A DNA stretch of 64,000 nucleotides, from the NCBI GenBank assembly GCA_963924565.1, contig OZ004612.1, positions 28,582,001 through 28,646,000 on the forward strand. The letters are read 5' to 3'. Under the pieces are notes generated by a model, which was not told the DNA's origin, made no database searches, and saw only the letters and a program-made list of their open reading frames with translations. Positions 27,801 to 39,800 of this stretch are shown here, in pieces. The position numbers and the translations under genes are program-made. Numbering within the stretch: position 1 is the first letter of the stretch; every line of letters begins with the position of its first letter. The DNA comes from Ascidiella aspersa. Its lineage: Eukaryota.

Positions 27801-30800
27801 ATCACTACGATTAATTAATCAACCAATTTGTTCAACCTTTCAACCATGTATAATTAAAATAACTTTCGTAGAACTTGATTTAACATGTTAGATCATATCG
27901 ATTTATTATTTTAGGGCATAATTGCCACATATTGTCAATATTTTTGCAGAACGTTTTGACACATTTTGGAGAAGCAATCCCGTCTATGAGGTACTCGGTA
28001 CGTCACCTCATTTGCATAACAAGCTTGCATTACCTATGACGTAATCGTGACGCAACAATCCTAAATTGCCTGACGTCACATAACGCTTTCAGATTGCAAA
28101 TTTAAAGCATTGCGGTGCCATTGGTATCGGGGAAATCATTGCGTTATCAAAATTAAGTGTGACGTCACACTTTTACTGTTTTGCGTCATCAAGTTAATTG
28201 TGACGTCACATTTTTACTGTTATGCGTCATGAAATTAAGTGTGACGTCACGTTTTACTGCTATGCGTCATCAAATTAAGTGTGACGTCACATTTTTACTG
28301 TTATGCATCATCAAATTAAGTGTGACGTCACATTTTTACTGTTATGCATTATCAAGTTAAGTGTGACGTCACGTTTTACTGTTATGCGTCATTAAATTAA
28401 TTGTGACGTCACATTTTACTGCTAAGCGTCATTATATTAGCTATGACGTCATATTTTACTCTCATTACGTCATCCCATTAACTAAAACTAACAGGAACGC
28501 CATATCGCGAAACGCGTGACGTCACTCTGACGCCACAATCGTTCCGATCTCGCACGTCATCGACGTCATCAAACGCGGGCAGTGTGATGTCATCAGCGAT
28601 CCCTGCCACGTTCCGTTCCATGGGCTTGACGTCATCAAGGACACGTCATAGTTCCGGTCTGCCGAGTGTGAAGCGGTTGTTTGGTGCTGGTGTGTGAAAC
28701 ATAACAGTGATAGTTTGTTCTAACTGGCTTTAAACTGTTTGTTCTCTTAATCACCACTTTATTCATGCTAAAATTTTTTAACATTGAAATGATTTTCCAA
28801 AAAATTGTAAAAAAGAGTAGTGGACCAAACAATGAACACTTGGCTTTACACTAGCAGAGTCCTTTTCTCGATATTAAGTAAAGTTAGTTTGTTGTACAAG
28901 GTCTCATTTTAAGCCAGAGTAAAACAAACTTTTTGAATTTACCAATAGTTTTCTGTCACTTTTAAACTTCCAATCAACACTGAATAAAAATCTATTTTAG
29001 AAATATCTTGTCACCAAAGTTAATTAAATGCATCCACGCTTTTCGCACCCTGCTTTTCGCACGCTTCTTACACCCCTGTCAACGTGGGCAACTTGATTTA
29101 TTTATATTTTCAAAGTGGAAATTAAGTTCAAAGGATTACTGGAAACTTAAATTCGCACTACCAAACTACAAATTATTTTTCCACTTGCTTGCGCACACGA
29201 AAATTTTTCTGTTTTTATTTGTTACACGATAAATTAATTGTACTTATGCTTTTAGCAAAGCGCCTACACTCATTTGATCATACGTATGAACAAAATCACT
29301 TGATTTATCATTATTCATTACAGTGTGTGTGTGTGTTATATTTTATCTGCACGTGTGTCTTAACAAACTAACACCTTCTGTTTTTCCTGTTTGATTGCGT
29401 TTTCTTGTTAACTGGTAAATGCTGCTAACTATATTCATTTAAACGTTAGCTAAATATTGCATGTTGTAAAAGTTGTCAAAAAGTGTCAACTTCTGCAACA
29501 AACAGTGTATTTTTCATTAGTAACCTTGATTTAACTAATCTTTGGTTTTGACAACTGCTAAATTTGTTGTGCATGAGTTTTGTTTTATTTATTTTATTAT
29601 ATTGGCGATTATTTAGTATTGTCTAACGGACGCGATATGTGTTGTTTGTAAGAGTTTAATGAAACCGTCATTAAAAAATAATCACCAAGTAATTGCATGT
29701 ACAGTAAATAAATTGCACGCCATTTACGTTTAAGTTGCATGTTACATTGTATAATAATAATTACACACCAAGTAATCACTTTAAATGTGTCAAAAACTGT
29801 ATATCTTGTGCCTACAGCTGCTATCATTGTTTTTCTTTTTATCCTGAGCTTCACAATACCGTGCCTTTTTTCCGCAGACAAGTCGTCGGTTCTCTCGCAA
29901 GCCGAGGAGCAGCGGGACGCCCTCTTGCGGGAGCTCGAGTCTGTGAAAGGTGACCTTGAGAACTTGCAGCGGGAAACGCAGGACAGGGAAAGGTCACTGC
30001 AGGTAACAATTATGAAATTGTGTTGCATTTCCATTATTAAAGAAGCAAATTAAAAGTTTTATTAGACAAACATACAAGATTACTGCAGGTGAAATTCATA
30101 AAATTCGGTTACTTTCATTGTTAACTTAATTTTAACACATGAAAAACCCACTGCAGGTGAAAATATTACTCTGTAGGTGAAAATATTACATTTCTATGTT
30201 TCAACTTTTAATAATTTAAAAAAGTTACTGCAGATAAAAATAATAAAATTCGGATACATTTTTGTCGTCAATAAAGCAAATTCAATGTTATTAGACAAAC
30301 ATACATAGAAATATTTATTAAAAAAGACTTATTTTTTCCCTATTAATCAACAGCGTACAAAATAAAAGAAAGGTTCAAAAAAATTTTTTGGTGTAACGCG
30401 AGAACTTTTATTGCTTAAATAAGTTGTTTAAAAAAGATTAAAAATTAATTTTTGTTTTGTGATATTTTTATTGTTGAAATATGTCATTACAAGCTCATGT
30501 TATTTTCCCAAATCGATTTTTTTTTACTTAAACAATCCTTCTTGTAATGTTTCGGCTTTGGATGTTTTTTAGAATGAACTGAACACAAAACTGGACGAAT
30601 CGTTGTTAGAACAAGAATCACGAGCTCAAAAAATGAAAGATTGGCTTGAATCTTTAGAGGTATGTCAAAAAAAGGCGATATTTGTTTTAAACCTTTCAAA
30701 ATAACTAATTCCTTTTATCTATGTTTATACACGTTTCTCCTAAAGAGCATAACTGATTAATTTTAAAACAGAACTTAAAAACCGTTTATTTTACTAACTT

Positions 30801-33800
30801 TTGAAACTCCTTATTTTATTTATCTTTAAATAAATCCACTCCCCATTGTTTCGTTACAGACCGATGTGCCCGACCCGGAAGTACTCACTCCCACGACTCT
30901 GCAGCGCCAACTATCGGAGGATTTGCGTGGCCACCAGGACGACCTGGAATCGGTTGCTAGGAAAGGAAGGAGCAGATCAGCTTCGAAAGAATCATCTAGT
31001 GAGTAAATCTTCCAGTTAGAAAAAAACTGATAACTTTTGTTTTAAATAGCATACTACTAATTATATAAAATTTAGACCGACAATTTAGACCGAAAAACAC
31101 TTATGCATTGTTTTAACGGCACCTGGTTGAAAACCACTGTTTTATAATACAAAAGTGGTTCCCTAAATAATACTTTACAAGAAGCAAAAGCACCTGCTGT
31201 GGTAATAACACTTACTTCAGTAAACCAATAGTGATTGTAACCATTGTAATACTAATCAAATTTTAATACAATTGGTTAGAAATGTGAAAAGCTTGGCAAA
31301 TTTTATATGATTAATCTGATTTTACCAAAATTAGTAAGTCGCGTAAGTTTTTAGCCAGACAAAAAGCGGTCACGACCACAAAAAAGGCCGGGACCACTGT
31401 GACAGAGCATTCAGTTTAATCACGAAATTTGTTTTAAATTGCAGTGCTTTCACCGCGACCTGTCGCAGACGAGCCAAGTTCTTGGGAGAAACTTCGCGCA
31501 GATGTTGAAACAAAATCCGCAGCCACCGACCAACTGACTAGCAAGGAGATGACAAGTGGAACCCACCTCACACTAGCACAAGCTGTGGACTGCGGGGAGA
31601 GGGTAAACCCCGCTAAATTGAAGGTACGGAACGTTTTAAGCACTAATAGGGAAATCAGGTTAACAAAATCGAAGCGAGCAACATACGTAAAAGAGACGCT
31701 GAAAGAATATTGAATTCGCCAAAGCGGCATCATCAGTTTCTTTGAAATGAAATTCAAGGAAGGCTATTAACAATAAAAATAACATATCAATTTTGAAAAT
31801 GAAAGCAATGTAGGTTTTGGAATCCTAGGAAGATACATCTATTAAAACTCGAAAACGTCTAAGTTTAGCTCTTTAGTAAGCGATATGCTTCATGCACTTT
31901 GTTTAGCATCTATAAACAGTATTACAAATATTACAAGATATCGTTAAAATGTAAATATTCTGCACAAATTTTTATATTATATATTTGTATCACAACAAAG
32001 TTGATATTTTTTTTTCTTGTTAGGACACACTTGACGAGATGAACAACAACTGGAGAAACTTAAACCACTCAACGCAAAACGCTTCACAGATCGACGAAAG
32101 ATCACAGGATTCTCTCAAGGTAACTCCCTGGGTTGGAAATTTTACCGGACGAGTATGACGCAATTAATCAGTTACCAATTATGACGTCATTTGTGCCAAC
32201 TTAATCCACTAAAAAGATTTGGTTCTTGTCTGATAAAAAAGTATCGATGTAACATACTTTATTAAACAAAGTGTAAATGTCACATAAGCTACCAAAATAA
32301 CCATTTTTCCATCTTTTTGCTATATATATACTTTAGGGTGGAATTTTATTTTCTTCTAAAGATATTTAATTTCGACCAAGTATACTTTGAATGAAAACTC
32401 TTTTAACACTACATATTATGTGCCTGTGCCTGATACATCAGGTGGGACTTTGTTGCAATTTAACAACTTGACGTAAATTTGTTGATGTACTTGCTTGCAA
32501 TCCAACAGAGTTTGACAACGTTACTTGATCAAGTCGAGTTCGATCTGATCTTGAGCGATTGGACGAAGGAGAGCGATCCTGGAATTCAGAGGGAATGTAA
32601 AGCTCTGCAGGAAAGCTTGAGCGATCTACAGACAACTTGCAAACAGGTGAAAACACAAATATATAAACATTACTGGCATATTCTTTTATACAAGATGTTT
32701 ACGTTATTGGCCTTCGTAGGCGATCTCCAGACAACTTGTAAACAGGTGATAATAAATAGTACTATATAAGTTTTATTATATACAGCTACCCGGTTATTAT
32801 TATGAGTATGCTGTAATCGTTGGTCAGTACCACTTTAGCACGGCTGATCACATGATATACCCATGTGAATTCCATGATTTATCGGGCATCAGTTGTTATT
32901 TAGTTTTTGTTATATATTAGGGAGCTAAATCGCCGTATATACCCATGTATACTCCATGGCTCAGTTTTAGGTTTGATTTTGGCAGAATTCTTTATTAAAT
33001 GACAACTGTAATTGAAACTAGCTTTGTTTGAGAAGTTTGAGATGACGATTTGATATCTTTAGGTATAGTTAATCGGTCTGAGTGTAATTATAAGAAATAT
33101 AGGTTACTGGGAGTCTAACTACAAGATATCGCTTCACTGCCATTTAAAAAAGTACCATTTCCTCTTGAAAATAAAATCTATCTATTGGAAATGGCCGAAA
33201 CGTGCTAATTATCATTTTCCTTACATTTGCGAATTACCAAGAGCCCTAAACAAAATTTTAAACCGGTTTCACGGAAAATTCGCTGTGTTTTCCCTAAGGT
33301 GAACATATCAGTTTGGCTATCTGCGTGCTATCTAGGATCATAGTAGTGCATTGTAAACTCACATTCAAGTAAAACCTTCCAATTAACTATGAAGAGAAAA
33401 AAATATCTTTCTTTTAAGCTGTTACACTTTTTTTATTTCGATCTTCCCAGTTTTCGCCCGAGAACCCACTGATCCGTAACCAATGCGACATCCAATCAAC
33501 GCTGCGTTGCCTTGACAACCGAATGCGCGCGGTGCTCGAACAACAGCGCAATTGGGAGACCAGGTCACGTGACAAAATGAACCAATGGCGAAACGTACAG
33601 GTTTGGAAATACCTTATCATCCAATACATTCAATTCTCCTGTCTTTTAAACTTTCAACCATATTTCATATAGCTTACAATCGATTCTTCTTTTTTTTGAA
33701 TGGCGTAACCTTAATGCATGCATATAATCAGTCAATGCTCGAAATTAAATAAAAAGTTATTATTCTAGCAGAAGACCTAGCAGGTGTACAAAATATTGTA

Positions 33801-36800
33801 GCTGAAAAATGCTGCAATTTAACAAAAGTTTTATTGCTTAATTTGAGGATAATGCAGCAATACACTGCATATGCAAGGTGGACGTGTATTTTTTCTGATT
33901 TACATTTATATATCGTACAAAAATTTAAATCTCTATAATACAAGTGATTTGGTATTGCATTTTTAGGTAACATATGCAATTTTCTTAGTGGATTATATAT
34001 ACATTTCTTAGCAGACAATTTTTTGAATTCTTCGACATTAATATTTTTTTCGGTTCCAGGTTGACCTCAAGATGTCGCTGTCGCAGCTCGGCCAGATCCG
34101 GAAGCAGCTCAAACACGTCACATCCGGTAGAGACGTGGTAGAAGCGGCTGACCTTAAGCTTCGATGCGACAAGATCAAGGCCCTCCAGCAAGAGGTCACG
34201 ACCTTGAAGGAACAGTTCAAAGTTCACCTCCTAACCGCCGAAAAAGTGATTTTTTGCCTCCTTATGAAAATTTTAGTAAAACTGAAATCTCTAGTAAACG
34301 TAAATTTCCGTAAAACAAAGCTCGGTGCACTAATGAAAACCGTGTATTTCGCGGATTTTAGCTGAAAAAAGTGGATCTGCTCAAGCCTAAATATTTATTT
34401 CTGGCCGAACTTTGTTGTCCGCGTGTTTAGAGATTCTTGTTGTACAAGTTAATGTTAATCGACTTGAATTTTTTATAACAACATTTTGGTGCAACACTAA
34501 AAACCGTTACAAGGCAAATATTTATCCAAGTCCAGAAATAGTTCATAATAAATTAGGATGGAAATCTGCCATAGTTTGATCGCTGCTAAGAATATTTTAT
34601 TTCAATCAAATTGACTTCTTAAAGTCTAAATATTACGTTTTTTTATGTAAACGTTGTTTTTGGCCTATAAAAGCAGTGGTTCGTAACTTGTGAATGATTA
34701 TTCCCGAAGGGAGTACTTGTTAATTTGTGGCGCAAGTTTTTAGAATAATATTAAATTCCATCTTCCTTTTACGCTTTTCTTTTCACGCTGAAAAGCAAAA
34801 AGTAGTATTCAGTCTTTCAATGGTTTAAATTTTGTATTTGTATTTGTATTCAAATTATACGATATAATTTTAATATATTAAATATGGTAAAAAAACATCT
34901 AATTCGTTTAAAAAAGTTAACAACCACTCCTTTAAGATTTAATGTACAAATTAGGTCTTGTTTCTTTCATGTTGGTCTGTTTAATCTAAACTTTGTGTGT
35001 TTTGATTAGTTTGCAGTTGGCGCCTACCCGTGCCACACGGCCGACTCGCATCTTTTGAAAAGCATGATCTGTGACGTCACAAAGGAATTGCAAGCCTCAC
35101 TGACCGAGCTGAGGTTGAGGATTAACGAAGAACAAAACTTTCAACAGGTTTATGCAAAAGAAAAATAGCTTAAAACGGTCTTTTGGGCCATATTTGCATA
35201 GACTAAAACGAAAGGATATTTAATCAAATAAATTGTGATATCGAAATAATTAAACTGGAATTAAAAACAGTCATTCTGTTTAAATAATGTTTTAGTTTTA
35301 ACTTTTCCATCTTTTTACCAAGACCAATTTTGAGCTAAAGTTAAACTGTGAAGAAAGTTTAAATGTAAACAATTGATTGTTACCTCACAGATGTTGACCG
35401 ACTACAAAGCTTTGCTTGAGGCAGGAAACGATAAAGTGTCGCGAAGCAAAACAGATGTTTTAAGCCTGAACGACTTTAAGCAGTTTATCTCATTGCTCAA
35501 GGTTCGTCGCAATTTAGTTCTCTTTCAAACGGCCTGTATTTAATTTAGTTACATGTAATGAAAAACAGTAAATCAGCCGGTCCTTTTTGGTAAGTGCTCC
35601 GCCAGGTCAAACAGAGTTGTAAAAAGCTTGTTAATTTTTACAAAATGTGTTAATAATTTGACTTGCTATCTATTTACGGTTTTTAATATGTGCCTACCAC
35701 TACCATCTAATTCTAAGATTATACACAAAGCTGTTCCGTAGTTATATTTAATTCAAATTATTAGAACATTATTGTTCTTTATTTAATAAAATAGTCATTT
35801 TGTAGTTAAAAAGGTCCCAACGGCTTGTTTTAGGAACGTATTGTATATTTGATAGTTTGAAACATAGAAAAGAATTGTCCTTGAAGAATCCGCCATAGTT
35901 TAACTTCATTTTTTTTTCTTTTAATATTACCACTTGTTTTTTAATTACACGAAAAAGATGCTGAATCAATCTGTTAGTTATCTAAAAATGCAATTTGGCA
36001 AATATTTTTTATTTTTGTGCAATTTTATGGAAATCAATTAGCACAACGACCTAATATAAAGAATCGTAGCACTGTTATAATACAAACACTAAAACAATAT
36101 GCCCAAGTCACTCTAGTAAGGAAATTTTTCACTGAGTATTTTTTTTATGTTTTTCCAGGACTTTTCTTCAGCCGTGCAAACTCACCGAGCCGTTTGCGTC
36201 GAAACTTGCGACAAAATGTTCGACGATCTACAAGCAGCGCAGCGACATCTGCTGGACGAACTTACCGACGAACACTTGACGCTGGAGGGCAGGCTTGTCG
36301 ACAAAATCGCGGATTTTGAACGCTGTGTTAAGGTCAGTATAGCAGTTATTTAAAGCACTTTGATTGTATTTTGTAAATCAAACAATTCCAAGTTTTTAAG
36401 TGTTTTCAAAATACCAAAATATCTTCTTTTATTTAGAAATTAATCATTAAATATCCCAAACTGCCCAAATTTTTCGAATAATTTGTGTCGCAATCGAGTT
36501 TTATTTAATTTTTCTTTAGAATACCTAAAAAATAATCTTCTTTAGAAATTAATAATGCAATATCCCAAACTGCTCAAATTTTGCTTTTTCTTTAATTTCC
36601 AAATGTCACTAAATATACACAATGCAGAAAGGTTCTTTTCAGTTTCTATGTTAAAAAACTAATTTAACAACTAAATGTTGTTTCAGGATTGGGAGGAATT
36701 CGAATCTGAAATCCTCCATCTGAGCGATGATCTGGAAACTGTGGAGTCTCTTCTTCCGGAGGAGAAGGGATCCTCCGACCATGAAGTGGAGGAAGTTAAA

Positions 36801-39800
36801 TCCAGGATCCATCTGCTTGAAAGTCTTCAGGAGAAACTAAACAATGCGGAATCAGGTGGAAATCTCAACTTTGCTTGTGATATCGCGCGATAAATGCAAC
36901 TTGTGTGATATACTTGGCGTTTATTTTCTGTTAAATACGGAATAACACATAGGACAGAATTGTATTAAAATCTTGACAAGCTTTCGCACAACCATGCTTC
37001 ATCGGGTCAAAGTAATAAAAAAGTACATTAGGGCAACGGCCGTATCGATGTTTTTACCTTGAAACTATAGCGTTTAATCGGTTAAGTCTACGAAGTACAA
37101 TGTGATAAGATTTGACTCACACTTAGCAGTTGCTATCATATAAAATACCTTTTCGATATTGCTTAACACAAATTAGCTAACAAGGCTGGGCTATAACTAA
37201 TATTGGTCAGTGTGCCATAAAGTTTACTTCCTTGTTAGTAATGTATTTTATTAGGACTTAAACGCTAAAAAAGAAAAGTGAAACATAAAAAATCTAACCT
37301 TTTACTCTTATGTCAAGTATCTTTTTATTTTTTTATTTTTTTTGCACATATTTTTTGTAACGTTTCTACCTCAAATTCCTACTAAATTTCTGTTAATACT
37401 GTACTTTCCAGTATATCATTACTATTTTATATTTAGGACTCGAACAAACAAAGCTCCACTGGGCAAAGATAGCCGAGCAAGTCACGTGCACGGGATCCGA
37501 TAATCGCTGTAGCGAACTCACCAACCAGTGGAAGCGCCTGAGTTCAAAGGTCAAGAAAGAACTCGAACGACTGAACAAGATACGTCACGTGTTGCCAAGG
37601 TAACCAGACTTTGCTGGGTTCTAGGGTTAATTCAAATTGAAACGTTTACCGGAATGTTATTTTGAATTAGAGATTAACATAGTTATGGTTAGTTTTATTT
37701 AATTTTTTATGGGACTCGGTTGGGAAGCTACTGTTCGAATTAAAAATGAACAATAACATTGGACTTTAGTATAATTCCAAAACAGGAATTTTATCCAGTT
37801 ATATTTAGCGTTTAACGTTTCGAACATTTAGTCTGCTTTTTGGAACAATATTTGGTTAAGTTATAGTATATGTCTAACTAAATTATGAAAACACGAGACT
37901 GTGCGTTATTTAGTTACACTTGTGCATTATTGTGACCTAGTTACAAAACTAAATAGAGAACAAAATTAGAAATTAGTTTATACTTAAGTTTTATTAAATT
38001 TTTATAATATTAGCCCTGCTGCTATTTCATGTAAACTTAATCTGCTTTCCACCGCAATATTAGGTGACGTTTTAGGATGTGCAAACAAAATAATTAAGAA
38101 AAAGTTAAAGCAAAAATGAAACCATTTACCTACACTTGTGTTTTGAAGTACCCTTGTTACATTCGTTTTCCTGCAGATACAGAGAAACTGTCTCGACCCT
38201 TCAGGAATGGATGGGGACTTCCTCCAGACAAATATCATCTTTGTTGGAAAGACTCAACGACCGATCAATTGACAAGTCGCGATTCGAACAATGGTAAATA
38301 TGATCTTAGCGTTGTGGTCGATTTTATTGAGTAGAGTTTACAAAATGTTTATCATTTGGTTTCTTATGGGTAATTTTAATTTGCAATAATATTCTTGATC
38401 AGTTTATGACAAAAAGTCTGTAACTTAACCCCATATTTAAAGTCAATGCGTTGTAACACTTATGGTGAAAAAATTGTAATTTTCTATCTTTAAGTGATTG
38501 TATATGCAAAACGACATTCGATGTGATGTGCAACAACATATAAATAACATTTGGAAACCTTTACCATACAACATGAAAAAACAGACATTAACATAAATAA
38601 ATTATATTACACATCCTAAAAAGTAAAAAAATAATTCCAATGTGACAAGACAGGAAAAGCATGAAAATAAGCCCAAATTTTGCGTTTTTTACTGTAATAT
38701 GTAACAGTGAATAACAAATAAAACTTGGGAAAAAATACATCCTTTCCTTCTAGCTCGGAAGAATTCGCGTCACTCCTTTCCGATCTCCCTATCCACCGTC
38801 TTGCGTTGGACGAGGTTGGAAAAATGTCCGAAGTTTTGTCGGAATCAAAACGAGACAACAACGACCCGCTGGAGGTCGCTACGGCGTGGGAAACTGTCAC
38901 TTCCGGGGTCGCTGCTGTTCGAGAAAAGCTTACAAAGGTAACAAAACTGAACGTAACAATATATGAATACTAAGTAAGAGTATCGAAGCCCTTATAGAAG
39001 TAAATAACATTTTGAACGTTTCGAATATCTCATTTTGAACATCATCAACAATTGAATATCTCATTTTCAACATCATGAACAATTGAACATTCATCAACAT
39101 CAACCTGGTGTAACTCTGCTTGTAATAGCAATGATTTTTACTAATAAACAAATTACACTAACATTAACTACAATGTAGATTATACTACTATTCGTTAATT
39201 AAAGTTAATATAAAGCAAATATTTGACTACAAATTTCACAGGTTGAAACCGAAGTCTTGTCTCCTTCTGACATTCTATTCGATATGACGTCATGGGTGGC
39301 TACAGCGAATTCGGCGATCGATCGAGAGAATGTGAAGAGTTTTGACGCAGTTTCGAGCGAGGATTGCAAGCAACAAATAACCGCTTATCAGGTAATATTA
39401 GGGCTGTCCAACATGTAAATCTGTCATAAAGAATAATTGCACCTGTTCATCAATAGTTTAAAGCAAACAATTTATGCCAATTGAAAATCCTGAGTGTTTA
39501 CTATTGAGTCATTCAGTGACGGCTTGTTATATCCTCAGCCGTAAATTCGACTCTGACTTGAGCACCATTTCTTTAACATAACTAATTTCTGTATTGTAGG
39601 ATAAATATTAGTGTATATTTGAAGAAATACCTGATGGGTAGTGGCCGGATTTAAAAAAAAAACGTTGTCATATCTTGTATAACAAAGTTCTATTATGTTT
39701 TCAGTCGTTCGAAGAGATTATGACGACCAAGCAAAAATCTCTTGATTTCGTTAACTCTGCTGGCACCACGTGTGCAGCTGACCTCGAGAAACTCAACCGC

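Noticed and set aside
28140-28473. Regularly spaced palindromic repeats resembling a CRISPR array
   Set aside because: Units are contiguous with no unique spacers, the context is a eukaryotic intron, and no cas genes are present.
31154-34930. hAT-like end fragments near 31125-31400 and 34673-34929
   Set aside because: TIRs are degenerate with no matching TSD, so boundaries cannot be supported.
38116-38334. ORF-track peptide STTDQLTSR resembling SAATDQLTSK in w37
   Set aside because: Splice phase puts exon w47 in another frame (YRETVSTLQEW), so the match is coincidental.
39010-39050. Minus-strand TTGATGA...GAAACGTT hammerhead-like string
   Set aside because: C3 is missing, there is no stem II, and it lies in a local 31-bp duplication.
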